The notes beneath the pieces are model-generated. The model saw nothing but the letters and a program-made list of their open reading frames with translations. It searched no databases and was not told where the DNA came from. 64,000 bases of DNA, taken from Fidelibacterota bacterium. GTDB lineage: Bacteria; Fidelibacterota; Marinisomatia; SCGC-AAA003-L08; GCA-2689995. Location of the stretch: assembly GCA_002689995.1 (NCBI GenBank), contig NZIV01000062.1:76447-140446 (forward strand). The letters run 5' to 3'. A program made the position numbers and the translations under genes. This document shows positions 18,869 through 29,669 of this stretch, piece by piece. Each line of letters begins with the position of its first letter. Position 1 is the first letter of the stretch.

Positions 18869-21800
18869 ATGATTAAAAACCTAATAAAAATAATTTTTAC
18901 ATTTTCACTATTGATTGGTCAATTTGGACAAAATATTGTTCAATATGACAATTTTGAATGGTATTATATCCAATCTAACCATTTTGATATTTATTATTAT
19001 GCAGATGGAAAACCAAATGCAGAATATGTCGCATTCGAATCTGAAAAAGCATATAAAAATATTTCTAAATATTTAGATTGGGACTTAACAAATAGATATT
19101 CAATTATAGTATATAATTCACACAATGATTTTCAACAAACAAATGTAGTGGATTCATACATGTACGAAGGTATTGGAGGTGTTACAGAATTATATAAAAC
19201 AAGAGTTGTAATACCATTTGATGGATCTCACAAAGAATTCAAGCATGTAATCCATCACGAATTAGTACATGTATTTATTAATGATTATATGTATGGAGGT
19301 AGTTTGCAAAATTTAATTACAAAGCAAATTAACTATATTATTCCACTTTGGATGAATGAAGGTTTAGCTGAACATTTATCGGGCGATTGGAATACAAGTT
19401 CGGATATGTGGATTAGAGATATTGTTATTAACTATGGTCAACTACCTCAATTTAATCAGCTAAATGGGTATTTAGCATATCGAGGGGGTCAATCTGTTTG
19501 GCGATTTATAACTAAAAAATGGGGTGAAGAAGCCATAGCTGAAATATTTTTTCAAATTAAAAGGAAAAAAAGTGTTGAGGCTGGCGTATTTGAAGCACTT
19601 GGGATGAATTTATCGGAAATCAACACCCAATGGCACGATTATATTAAAAAAACTTATTTCCCTGAAATTACCAATAAAAAAAAATTATCTGAATTTTCTA
19701 GAAGACTTACAAATAATAAAAAGTTAAATAATAGTTATAATATTGCTCCTGTAATTTCTCCGGATGGTAGTAAAGTTGCAATTTATTCAAATAAAAATGG
19801 AAATATGGCTTTATATATTATTTCCGCAGAAACTGGTAAATTTTTAGAAAAAATTATTCAAGGAGAAAGAAACTCGGAATACGAGGAGCTCCATATTTTA
19901 AAACCCGGAATTTCATGGTCACCCAATGGTAATGAGTTAGTTTTTTCTGCTAAATCAGGAAAATCAGATGCTCTTTTTATTTATAATTTCGAATCTAATA
20001 AAACAGAGAAATTTAGATTAGGACTTGAAGGTATATTTAGACCAAACTGGAGTCCTTTAGGACATGAAATAGCATTTATTGGAAATAATGGTACTAAAAG
20101 TGATATTTATATTTTTGATATACAATCACATAAAACTACTAATTTAACAGAAGATTGGTTTTCTGACGACCATGTATCTTGGAGTCCAAATGGATTAGAC
20201 TTATTCTTTATTTCTGATCGACAAAACTATCTAAATCAATCTAACCCTAATTCAATTAAAGAACATTTTATTGAACAGATGGATATTTATTCAATTTCTC
20301 GTGAAAATGGTAAAATTTCAAGGATTACTGATACAAAGTGGAATGAAGCATATCCAGTAATGACATCTGATGAAAATTTAGCTTTTGTTTCAGATCAAAG
20401 TGGTATTAATAATATTTATATAATAAATAAAGATTTAGAAAAGCCAAGGGCAATAACAAATGTATTAACAGGAATTTCACAATTAAGTTGGAATTCTGAT
20501 TATACTCAACTTGCTTATGCCGGCTTTGAAGAAAGTGGGTATGATATTTATTTGTTTGTTAATCCATTAGATAACCTTAAAAAAGAATTAACACCAAAAA
20601 CACTTTCTTGGATAAATGAAAAGCCTCAAAATGAACTAAGGCTCTCAAAGACTAGAAAAAACAATAAAGATTTAAGTGATCAGTTTAGGAACTTTATTTT
20701 TGAAAGGGGACAAAAAACTAAACCAATAGAACAAAAAGATATTGAATTACCTGATTCAACTCGATTAAGCACAGATGGAAAATATATCGAAAAAAAATAT
20801 TTAACACGATTTTCATTGGATTTAGCTCAAGGTTATGCTTCATATAATTCTCTTTATACTCCAAAAGCAATGGCATCATTTTTATGGAGCGATATTCTAG
20901 GTGATCACAAAGTATATCTTGGTACACAAATGCAAATAACCTCCTTAAAAAACTCCGATTATTATTTGTTCTACAGATATTTACCGCATAAAGTCGATTA
21001 TAATTTTTTATTTCATCATACTGCAATAAATTTTCTGGATGTTAATTTCCGTAATACCTTCATTGACTTAAATGGAAATGAAGAAAGAGAGACTGAAGAA
21101 CCAGTATATTATCAATCCTATTTGAGGCAGTTGATGATTAATGGTACTGCATCATATCCTATCTCTAGATTTTACCGATATGACTTAAATATGAGATTTA
21201 GTCGTGTTTCAAAAGTATCGTTATGGGAAGTGGGTCAGACTAACTATGGCATAACTGTTGAAGAACGATCAGATGAAATATTTGGCTCAACATTATCAAC
21301 ATTCATTCCCTCTATAAGTATCGTATGGGATAATACGTTATGGAACTATATATTCCCAAGCAGAGGTTCTCGTTTTAATATCACACTAAAAGGTAGTCCT
21401 AAAATAGCTGATAATGGTATTTCTTTTCAATCACTAATATTAGATTATCGAAAATATTATCCAATTAAAAATGGTATTAGCCTAGGAGGAAGAATTTATT
21501 CAGGCTATAGCCATGGTGATAATGCTCAGCTATTTAAAATGGGTGGAATACCTTGGGTATTTTCTTCTTATGGCTCCAGTTATTATGCACAAAATAATGA
21601 CTATGATTTAGAATCTGTATATTTCTCTGAATATGTTATGCCTCTACGCGGTGCTCAAATTAATCAAAAATATGGATACGGTACCTTTTTATTAAATATG
21701 GAAGTTCGATTACCTTTATTAATTTACTATTTTCCAACTATTAAATATTTAGGACAAATAAGCGCAGTTGCTTTTTCTGATTTTGGATTTACATGGAATA

Positions 21801-21994
21801 ATCGTTTACCTGATTGGACCGAAACATATTGGAATAGTGAAAATAATGAAGGATTTGTTTGGACATATGGAATTGGTCCTCGCTTTATATTTCTTGGACT
21901 TCCATGGCAATTAGATTACGCCTGGAATCTAAATCCATTCAAGAATGAGTCTAGTAAACGATCTTGGTTTTTATCAATTGGTCTTGATTTTTAA
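18869..21994 (+). CDS. Outer-membrane fusion protein: MA-clan (gluzincin-like) peptidase domain, TolB/PD40-type beta-propeller, and Omp85/BamA-like C-terminal barrel
   Basis: Signal peptide. HHELVHV plus a downstream NEGLAEH. At least 6 PD40-like repeats (SPDGSKVAIYS, WSPNGNELVFS, WSPLGHEIAFI ...). The C-terminus has MPLRGA, EVRLPL and ends in SIGLDF. Confidence 0.6.
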   Translation: MIKNLIKIIFTFSLLIGQFGQNIVQYDNFEWYYIQSNHFDIYYYADGKPNAEYVAFESEKAYKNISKYLDWDLTNRYSIIVYNSHNDFQQTNVVDSYMYEGIGGVTELYKTRVVIPFDGSHKEFKHVIHHELVHVFINDYMYGGSLQNLITKQINYIIPLWMNEGLAEHLSGDWNTSSDMWIRDIVINYGQLPQFNQLNGYLAYRGGQSVWRFITKKWGEEAIAEIFFQIKRKKSVEAGVFEALGMNLSEINTQWHDYIKKTYFPEITNKKKLSEFSRRLTNNKKLNNSYNIAPVISPDGSKVAIYSNKNGNMALYIISAETGKFLEKIIQGERNSEYEELHILKPGISWSPNGNELVFSAKSGKSDALFIYNFESNKTEKFRLGLEGIFRPNWSPLGHEIAFIGNNGTKSDIYIFDIQSHKTTNLTEDWFSDDHVSWSPNGLDLFFISDRQNYLNQSNPNSIKEHFIEQMDIYSISRENGKISRITDTKWNEAYPVMTSDENLAFVSDQSGINNIYIINKDLEKPRAITNVLTGISQLSWNSDYTQLAYAGFEESGYDIYLFVNPLDNLKKELTPKTLSWINEKPQNELRLSKTRKNNKDLSDQFRNFIFERGQKTKPIEQKDIELPDSTRLSTDGKYIEKKYLTRFSLDLAQGYASYNSLYTPKAMASFLWSDILGDHKVYLGTQMQITSLKNSDYYLFYRYLPHKVDYNFLFHHTAINFLDVNFRNTFIDLNGNEERETEEPVYYQSYLRQLMINGTASYPISRFYRYDLNMRFSRVSKVSLWEVGQTNYGITVEERSDEIFGSTLSTFIPSISIVWDNTLWNYIFPSRGSRFNITLKGSPKIADNGISFQSLILDYRKYYPIKNGISLGGRIYSGYSHGDNAQLFKMGGIPWVFSSYGSSYYAQNNDYDLESVYFSEYVMPLRGAQINQKYGYGTFLLNMEVRLPLLIYYFPTIKYLGQISAVAFSDFGFTWNNRLPDWTETYWNSENNEGFVWTYGIGPRFIFLGLPWQLDYAWNLNPFKNESSKRSWFLSIGLDF

Positions 21995-22008
21995 TAAAAG
22001 ATGACTTT

Positions 22009-23142
22009 TTGAAAATATTCAATTTAAAAAAAACCTGTAAAGATACAAAAGCACGTACAGGTATTTTATATACCGATCATGGTGAAATAAAAACTCCGTT
22101 TTTTATGCCTGTCGGAACTTATGGGGCCGTAAAAACACAATCTCCTGAGGAAATCAATCAGCTGCCTAGTAATATTTTATTAAGTAATACTTATCATTTA
22201 TTTCTACGTCCAGGAACTGAAATTTTAGAAAAAGCTGGCGGATTGCATAAATTCATGAATTGGAATAAAATAATTTTAACAGATTCTGGTGGATTTCAAA
22301 TCTTTAGTTTAAAGGGTTTTCGAAACATTACGGAGGAAGGTGTTACATTCCAGTCTCATTTAAACGGTGAAAAACATCACTTGACTCCAGAATCTGTAGT
22401 TGACATTCAACGCTCAATTGGATCAGACTTCATGATGATGCTTGATGTTTGTCCTTCAGGGGATGCTGACCAAAAAACTTGGATTAAAGCGCTAGAAACA
22501 ACAACTAGATGGGCAAAAAGAGGTATGATTCACTACCGAAATACAGAACCATTATATGGTCATAAACAAATTTTAATACCTATTGTCCAAGGAGGTACTA
22601 ATCTAGATTTAAGGAAACGGTCAGCTGAAGAGTTAATGGAATTAGATGCAGAAGCTTATGCTGTAGGAGGCTTAGCCGTTGGCGAGCCAAAACCTGAAAT
22701 GCTAAATACAACAGAATTGATGGGTGAAATTTTACCAAAAGAAAAATCTCGCTACTTAATGGGTGTTGGTACACCAGCAGATTTAGTTAGATGTGTTGCC
22801 AGAGGAATTGATATGTTTGACTGTGTAATACCTACAAGAAATGCTAGAAATGGACAATTATTTACACTTAATGGAAAAATAAATATTCGTAATGCAAGAT
22901 ATAAATCGGACTTATCACCTATTGATGATACGGGATTTGCACCTATGTCAATGCAATACTCGAAATCATATTTACACCATTTATTTAGAACAAATGAAGT
23001 TTTAGGATTAAGAATTGCAACCCAACAAAACTTAAGATTATATATGTATATAATGGAAGAAATACGAAAAGCAATTTTTAATGATAATTTTAAATCATGG
23101 GCAAAAGATTTTTTATTTCGTTATGATGGTGACTCAATTTAA
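22009..23142 (+). CDS. tgt: Queuine tRNA-ribosyltransferase
   Basis: ARTGILYTDHGEIKTPFFMPVGT and LTDSGGFQ motifs, plus a single Cys/His patch (FDCVIPTRNARNG). TTG start. Confidence 0.9.
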   Translation: MKIFNLKKTCKDTKARTGILYTDHGEIKTPFFMPVGTYGAVKTQSPEEINQLPSNILLSNTYHLFLRPGTEILEKAGGLHKFMNWNKIILTDSGGFQIFSLKGFRNITEEGVTFQSHLNGEKHHLTPESVVDIQRSIGSDFMMMLDVCPSGDADQKTWIKALETTTRWAKRGMIHYRNTEPLYGHKQILIPIVQGGTNLDLRKRSAEELMELDAEAYAVGGLAVGEPKPEMLNTTELMGEILPKEKSRYLMGVGTPADLVRCVARGIDMFDCVIPTRNARNGQLFTLNGKINIRNARYKSDLSPIDDTGFAPMSMQYSKSYLHHLFRTNEVLGLRIATQQNLRLYMYIMEEIRKAIFNDNFKSWAKDFLFRYDGDSI

Positions 23143-23286
23143 ATAAATAAAATATTAAAAGTAATTTTAAAATAAAATTAAAGATTTAATTAAACAAATA
23201 ACCTATAATTAAACTTTATTTTAATATCATTTTTAAAATAATTATAAATCCTAGTTCTAATAATAATCGTAAATTTATATGCTATT

Positions 23287-25065
23287 TTGGAGTATAAATT
23301 GTTAAAAAGAAGCCATAATTGTGGTGAATTAAGAAAAAAAAATGTAGGTAATGAAGTTATCCTAAATGGTTGGATTTCAAAACGCCGTGATCATGGAGGG
23401 TTAATCTTTATTGATTTACGTGACCGGTACGGCAAAACTCAAATTATATTCAATGAAGAAATTCAGCCTGATGCCTATAATCAAATTTTCAGATTAGGCC
23501 TAGAAGATGTTATTGGTGTAAAAGGAAAAGTTATCCTTAGACCTGATGATGCAATTAATTCTGACATTTCAACGGGTGAAATCGATATTGAAGTTATTGA
23601 AATCCAAGTATTTAATGAAGCGGACCAAATGCCGTTTAATGTAAATGACCGTAATTCAGCATCTGAAGACCATCGCTTAAAATTTCGTTACCTTGAACTT
23701 CGTACAAAAGAAATGCAAGAAAATCTGAAACTTCGACACGAAACTGCTCAAATTACACGCAAATTTCTGCATGAAAAAGAATTTATCGAAGTGGAAACAC
23801 CTATTTTAATGAAATCAACTCCAGAAGGTGCGCGAGATTTTTTAGTTCCAAGTCGTTTGCATAAAGGAAAGTTTTATGCACTACCTCAATCACCACAAAC
23901 TTATAAGCAGCTTTTGATGGTTTCTGGGATAGACAAGTATTTCCAGATTGTAAAATGTTTTAGGGATGAAGATTTCAGAGCTGATAGACAACCTGAATTC
24001 ACTCAAATTGATATTGAAATGTCGTTTATTCAACAGGATGATATTATTAAAATCGGAACAGATTTAACTCGCAAGATATGGTCTGAGACTATTGGAATAG
24101 AATTACCAAATAAATTCCCCGTAATGACTTATCAAGATGCATTAGAAAATTATGGAATTGATCGGCCAGACACACGTTTTGGGATGTTACTCCAAGAATT
24201 TTCTGAATTTGTTCAAAAATCTAATTTTAATGCATTCAAAACAGTCTTAGATAATGATGGTAGAGTTAAGGCAATTGTTGCCTCAGGATGTGCAAAATAC
24301 AGTCGTAAAATTATTGATGAGCTTACAGATTTCCTTAAGCAATATCATAATGCTAAAGGTTTGGCTTGGATGAAATCCACCAATGGTGATCTTGAGGGCG
24401 GAATTAGCAAATTTTTCAATGAAGATTTACGACAAGAAATTATAAAATCTTGCAATATTAATGATAATGATATAGTTTTTATTGTTGGTGATAAATCAAA
24501 AATTGTATTTTCTGCATTATCAGCATTAAGATTAGAAATTGCAAAACGAGAAAATCTTATTGATCAAAATATCTGGGCTCCGATTTGGATAGTTGATTTT
24601 CCTCTTGTTGAATGGAATGAAGATGAAAATAGATTTGATGCTCTTCACCATCCGTTTACCTCTCCAAATTTTGATGACATTGATAAAATGGACTCTAATC
24701 CTGGAAATGTCCGGTCATTAGCTTATGACATTGTGATGAATGGTTACGAAATTGGTGGTGGCTCAATTCGTATTCATTCTTCTGAACTTCAGGCTAAAAT
24801 ATTTAATTTATTAGGAATAAGTAATGAAGAGGCTGAAGAAAAATTTGGCTTCCTAATGAATGCATTTAAATATGGCGCACCTCCACATGGTGGAATGGCA
24901 TTTGGTTTTGACAGAATTGTAATGCTTCTTGCAAATTGTAGTCAAATCAGAGATGTAATTGCATTTCCAAAAACAACTTCTGCTATATCATTAATGGATA
25001 ACTCGCCTGCAAATGTTGATAAAAATCAGTTGAAAGATTTACATTTAGAAATTATTCGGACTTAA
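23287..25065 (+). CDS. aspS: Aspartyl-tRNA synthetase
   Basis: 592 aa with class II motifs (FRDEDFRADRQPEFTQID, GGGSIRIH, GFDR). The start is TTG at 23287 or at 23299. Confidence 0.95.
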   Translation: MEYKLLKRSHNCGELRKKNVGNEVILNGWISKRRDHGGLIFIDLRDRYGKTQIIFNEEIQPDAYNQIFRLGLEDVIGVKGKVILRPDDAINSDISTGEIDIEVIEIQVFNEADQMPFNVNDRNSASEDHRLKFRYLELRTKEMQENLKLRHETAQITRKFLHEKEFIEVETPILMKSTPEGARDFLVPSRLHKGKFYALPQSPQTYKQLLMVSGIDKYFQIVKCFRDEDFRADRQPEFTQIDIEMSFIQQDDIIKIGTDLTRKIWSETIGIELPNKFPVMTYQDALENYGIDRPDTRFGMLLQEFSEFVQKSNFNAFKTVLDNDGRVKAIVASGCAKYSRKIIDELTDFLKQYHNAKGLAWMKSTNGDLEGGISKFFNEDLRQEIIKSCNINDNDIVFIVGDKSKIVFSALSALRLEIAKRENLIDQNIWAPIWIVDFPLVEWNEDENRFDALHHPFTSPNFDDIDKMDSNPGNVRSLAYDIVMNGYEIGGGSIRIHSSELQAKIFNLLGISNEEAEEKFGFLMNAFKYGAPPHGGMAFGFDRIVMLLANCSQIRDVIAFPKTTSAISLMDNSPANVDKNQLKDLHLEIIRT

Positions 25066-25253
25066 TTCTGAACAAATTTAAAAAAACACTTTCTATTTCT
25101 GGCGTTGACTCATTAAGCTTTTATGGAACAAATGATTACAATATTAAGCTTCTTGAAGAAAATTTTAGTGGAAAATTAACAGCGCGAGGGAATAAAATTC
25201 ATCTTGAAGGTCAGCCTGCTGATGTTGAAAGGATAGAATCCGTTATAGCTGAA

Positions 25254-26030
25254 ATGCTTGTTACTATCAATAAGAAAGGGTTTGTTGATACAGAAGATGT
25301 CAAGACATTACTTAACTTCTCAGAAGTAGAAAATCAAACTTTACAAAAAAATGGTGAAGACTTACCGGTTATTCTTTACACACACAAGGGCGCAGTAGTA
25401 GCAAAGACAAATGGTCAGAAAAAATATTTTAAAGCTGTAAAAGAAAATGATATTGTTTTTGCAATTGGTCCTGCAGGAACGGGAAAAACTTATCAAGCAG
25501 TTGCATCTGCAGTTTCAGCGTTAAAAGATGGTCTAGTTTCTAAAATTGTAATTACACGCCCCGCTGTTGAGGCAGGTGAACGACTTGGATTTCTCCCAGG
25601 AGATTTAAAAGAAAAAGTAGATCCATATTTAACGCCACTTTATGATGCATTAGGTGATATGTTGACACCTGAAAAACGTCGTACATATATTGAACAAAGA
25701 ATTATTGAAATTGCGCCTCTTGCATATATGAGGGGACGAACTCTACACAACTCCTTTATGATTCTAGATGAAGCACAGAATGCAACAAGTACTCAGATGA
25801 AAATGTTTTTAACCCGTTTAGGTGTAACCTCCAGAGCTATAATTACAGGCGATATAACACAAATAGATCTTCCAAAAAATGAAAGTTCGGGGTTAATTGA
25901 TGCTCATAATAAATTGAAATCAATTAAGGGGATAACATTTGTAGAATTTGATTCTAGCGATGTTGTTCGTCATAAATTGGTGAGAGAAATAATTGAAGCC
26001 TACGCAAATGGCGAGAAAAAAGGAAAGTAA
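25254..26030 (+). CDS. phoH: PhoH-like ATPase. The listed ATG probably truncates the N-terminal domain.
   Basis: Walker A GPAGTGKTY and ILDEAQN. A PhoH-like N-terminal region is in frame upstream, from about 25065 (see findings). Confidence 0.85.
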   Translation: MLVTINKKGFVDTEDVKTLLNFSEVENQTLQKNGEDLPVILYTHKGAVVAKTNGQKKYFKAVKENDIVFAIGPAGTGKTYQAVASAVSALKDGLVSKIVITRPAVEAGERLGFLPGDLKEKVDPYLTPLYDALGDMLTPEKRRTYIEQRIIEIAPLAYMRGRTLHNSFMILDEAQNATSTQMKMFLTRLGVTSRAIITGDITQIDLPKNESSGLIDAHNKLKSIKGITFVEFDSSDVVRHKLVREIIEAYANGEKKGK

Positions 26031-27212
26031 ATGAGTAGAGAAGTTTTTATTTTATCTTATGCAAGAACACCAATTGGAGCATTTCAAGGTTCATTAAAAA
26101 ATGTTTCTGCACCAAATTTAGGATCAATTGCAATTAAAGGTGCGTTAAAAAAAGGTGATATTTCACCAAACGATGTTAAAGAAGTAATTATGGGAAATGT
26201 TCTTTCCGCAGGTATTGGACAAGCTCCAGCAAGACAGGCCTCAATTTACGCAGGTCTTCCTGAAAATATTGAATGTTTGACTATTAATAAAATGTGTGGT
26301 TCAGGACTAAAAGCTATAATGCTAGGTGCGCAATCTATTGCTTCTGGTGAAGCTGATGTTGTAGTTGCAGGAGGAATGGAAAGTATGAGTAATACACCAT
26401 ATTACTTGCCAAAAGGACGATTGGGACATCGCTTAGGCCACGGTCAAGTTATAGATGGTATAATCCATGATGGTTTATGGGATGTTTATAATGATAAGCA
26501 TATGGGTAATTGTGCAGAAATGTGTGCAGAAAAATTTAGTTTTTCGAGAGAAGACCAAGATAAATATGCAACAGAATCTTATAAAAGAGCATTAAATGCA
26601 ATTGAGAGCGGTATATTTAATAATGAAATTATTCCAGTAGAAATTCCACAGAGAAAAGGTTATCCTAAAATTATTGATACTGATGAAGAGCCAGCTAGAG
26701 GTATGCTAGAAAAATTCAAAAAACTTCGTCCTGTATTTAAAAAAGATGGAACAATAACAGCTGCAAATGCAAGTTCTATTAATGACGGTGCTGCTGTATG
26801 TATTTTGATCAGTGCCAAAAAAGCTGAAGAATTAAGACTAAATCCCCAATTCAAGATTGTTGGACATGGATCTTCAGCTCAAGCTCCAGAATGGTTTACA
26901 ACGGCTCCAGTAAAAGCTATGAAAAAAGTATTAGCACAAACAGGTTTAACTGTTGAAAATATTGATTTATTCGAAATTAATGAAGCCTTCTCAGCAGTTA
27001 CAATGGCAGCTGTTAAAGAATTTAATTTAGATTTAAAAAAAGTAAACATAAATGGTGGTGCTGTTTCTTTAGGTCATCCTATTGGTGCTTCAGGATCACG
27101 AATTTTAATAACTTTAATGAATGCAATGACTAATAAAAATTTATCTAAAGGTATGGCTTCAATTTGTATTGGTGGTGGAGAAGCCTCTGCAATGATTGTT
27201 GAAAAGTTATAA
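26031..27212 (+). CDS. Acetyl-CoA acetyltransferase (thiolase II)
   Basis: 393 aa with NKMCGSGLKA (active Cys), NGGAVSLGHPIGASG and CIGGGEA. Confidence 0.9.
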   Translation: MSREVFILSYARTPIGAFQGSLKNVSAPNLGSIAIKGALKKGDISPNDVKEVIMGNVLSAGIGQAPARQASIYAGLPENIECLTINKMCGSGLKAIMLGAQSIASGEADVVVAGGMESMSNTPYYLPKGRLGHRLGHGQVIDGIIHDGLWDVYNDKHMGNCAEMCAEKFSFSREDQDKYATESYKRALNAIESGIFNNEIIPVEIPQRKGYPKIIDTDEEPARGMLEKFKKLRPVFKKDGTITAANASSINDGAAVCILISAKKAEELRLNPQFKIVGHGSSAQAPEWFTTAPVKAMKKVLAQTGLTVENIDLFEINEAFSAVTMAAVKEFNLDLKKVNINGGAVSLGHPIGASGSRILITLMNAMTNKNLSKGMASICIGGGEASAMIVEKL

Positions 27213-27305
27213 ATAATTATAATATTAGTTACAATTATTTCTTAGTAATAGTACATGTAATTATAATAATTTCAATATAATGAATATTGGACAAAATTAG
27301 TTTAA

Positions 27306-28091
27306 ATGGATAATATTTTAAGAGTAAAAAAAGAACTTTCTCCTCTAAAGCAAAATCTAAAAACACACCTACTTTATACAAAAATTAAATCAATTGAAGA
27401 TATTAAAGTATTTTCAGAAATTCATATTTTTGCAGTCTGGGATTTTATGTCTTTATTAAAATCTTTACAACATCATTTATCTACATTATCTATTCCTTGG
27501 TCACCTGCAAAAAATCCAAAGATCACACGATTTATAAATGAAATTGTAATTGGTGAAGAATCTGATTTAGATCCTAATGGTAATCCTAAAAGTCATTTTC
27601 AAATCTATATTGAGGCAATGAATCAAATTGGAGCCAATACAAATCTTATTTTTGAATTAATAAATAAAAATAAATTAGGGATTCCAATTCACGATGCAAT
27701 TACATCTTTAAGTATTAATGAGCAAGTTAAAAAATTTTTAAATTTTACTTTTGATATAATTGCAACGAATCAACCTCATAAAATAGCATCAGCATTTACA
27801 TTTGGTAGAGAAGACATTATACCTGATATGTTTATAGAAATTGTAAAAAATATTGAACGAGAATCAAATATTTCCATTGATAAACTCATCTATTATTTAA
27901 ATCGACATATTGAAATTGATGGTGATGAACACGGACCATTATCACTAGAAATGATTAAAATGCTATGTAAAAATGACCTAGAAAAATGGCAGGAATGTAT
28001 TGATGTTGCTAAAAAATCTTTAGAATTACGTATTTCTCTTTGGGATACAATTTTAATACAATTACCAAAATCAAAGCTAATATATGCATAA
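27306..28091 (+). CDS. DUF3050 (haem-oxygenase-like fold, MgoB-like) protein
   Basis: HIFAVWDFMSLLKSLQ, PW.P and INEIVIGEESD motifs remembered from the DUF3050 family. Confidence 0.55.
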   Translation: MDNILRVKKELSPLKQNLKTHLLYTKIKSIEDIKVFSEIHIFAVWDFMSLLKSLQHHLSTLSIPWSPAKNPKITRFINEIVIGEESDLDPNGNPKSHFQIYIEAMNQIGANTNLIFELINKNKLGIPIHDAITSLSINEQVKKFLNFTFDIIATNQPHKIASAFTFGREDIIPDMFIEIVKNIERESNISIDKLIYYLNRHIEIDGDEHGPLSLEMIKMLCKNDLEKWQECIDVAKKSLELRISLWDTILIQLPKSKLIYA

Positions 28092-28118
28092 CCTTTTTAG
28101 TAATAATTTTGAGGGTGC

Positions 28119-29165
28119 TTGCTTTTAAATTCACTCGGTTTTAATAATTTTTATTTTAATTATTTAAATGAAAATAAAATTTCTCAACAACTTATTGGTC
28201 GCATAATTCGTGAAAGTAAGAAGAATTATATTGTAAAAACGAATACAGAAAATATTTCTGCACAAATTTCAGGAAACTTAAGGTACTCAGCAAAAAAACG
28301 TTCTGATTTTCCTGCTGTTGGTGATTGGGTAGTTTTAAAAAATAAACATACTGATTCCCCTATAATTAAAACAATTTTACCAAGAAAATCTATAATAGAG
28401 CGTCAGGCTATTGGTAAGTTTGGGAAAAAGCAGACCATAGCAACTAATGTAGATATTGCATTTATAATGCAGGATATTAATCATGATTTTAATTTAAATA
28501 GACTTGATAGATTCTTGGCTATTTGTTATTCTTCTAAAGTTGAACCTATAATTATTTTAACCAAAATCGATTTAATGGAATCTTCAAAATTAGGCTTTCA
28601 TATGAAGCAAATACAAAGCCGATTTAATGATGTGATAACTCTTAAATTGAGTAATAAATCATTAGAAGGTTTTAAGCAAATCCGAGAAAATATTAAATGT
28701 GGAAAAACATATTGCTTTATCGGTGCGTCAGGTGCTGGAAAATCTTCATTGATAAATAATTTAATTGGCGAAAAAGTTATGTTAACAAAATCCCTGCGTG
28801 AAAAAAATAACAAAGGTAAACATACTACGAGCCATCGTGAATTATTTATTCTTAAAAATTCTGGAATTTTAATTGATACTCCCGGAATGCGTGAATTAGG
28901 TATTGTTGAATCTTACAATAGTTTAGAGTCAACATTTCAGAGAATTTTTAATATTGCACAAGATTGCCAATTTTCCAATTGCCAGCATATAAATGAACCG
29001 AAATGTTCGGTAAAAAATGCAATTGAAATAGGAAATTTAGAACAATCGAATCTTGATAATTATCATAAAATGTATCAAGAGCAAGAACAATTCAATTCAT
29101 CACGTAAAGGTTTTAAAGATAAAAAAATTAAACCTTCAACTACTCATAACAAAAAATCACGATAA
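28119..29165 (+). CDS. rsgA: Ribosome small-subunit-dependent GTPase A
   Basis: Circularly permuted GTPase (TKIDL ... GASGAGKSSLINNL ... DTPGMRE) and a Zn knuckle CQFSNCQHINEPKC. Confidence 0.85.
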   Translation: MLLNSLGFNNFYFNYLNENKISQQLIGRIIRESKKNYIVKTNTENISAQISGNLRYSAKKRSDFPAVGDWVVLKNKHTDSPIIKTILPRKSIIERQAIGKFGKKQTIATNVDIAFIMQDINHDFNLNRLDRFLAICYSSKVEPIIILTKIDLMESSKLGFHMKQIQSRFNDVITLKLSNKSLEGFKQIRENIKCGKTYCFIGASGAGKSSLINNLIGEKVMLTKSLREKNNKGKHTTSHRELFILKNSGILIDTPGMRELGIVESYNSLESTFQRIFNIAQDCQFSNCQHINEPKCSVKNAIEIGNLEQSNLDNYHKMYQEQEQFNSSRKGFKDKKIKPSTTHNKKSR

Positions 29166-29294
29166 TAGTAAAATTTGATATTAAATATTTTTAGTATACA
29201 ATTTTAAAATAAGCTATAAAAAACTAATGAAAAATAAGGTTAACAAAAGTTTTAAGTTATTTAATAAAATTAAGGATTCATTCGTATCATAATA

Positions 29295-29669
29295 GTGAAA
29301 AAACTATTCATTCTCATAATTTCTTTATTCTATTATTCTTGTTCAGATTTATTTTTAACAGAAAAAATAATTGAATGTAATATTGATGAACCCGAATATA
29401 CTTTTGATTCAGATATCAAACCAATAATTGATCAATATTGTATTTCATGTCATCGCTCGAATTATTCTGCTGCTAATTTGAATTTATCAGAATATAATCA
29501 ATTTAATATTAGTAAATATTTTGTCCCAGGCGATACAACACAAGGTGAGATTTTAAATCGAATTAATGATAAAAATGATCCAATGCCACCTATTTGGGTT
29601 GGTACTATGGATGAAAATAGTATTCAAATTATTAAAAAATGGATTTTAGAGTGTGCAATTGAAAATTAA
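29295..29669 (+). CDS. Small lipoprotein with a single haem-c site (planctomycete-type PSCyt1-like domain)
   Basis: GTG start, lipobox-like YYSC, and IKPIIDQYCISCH ... DPMPP ... IIKKWI. Confidence 0.55.
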   Translation: MKKLFILIISLFYYSCSDLFLTEKIIECNIDEPEYTFDSDIKPIIDQYCISCHRSNYSAANLNLSEYNQFNISKYFVPGDTTQGEILNRINDKNDPMPPIWVGTMDENSIQIIKKWILECAIEN

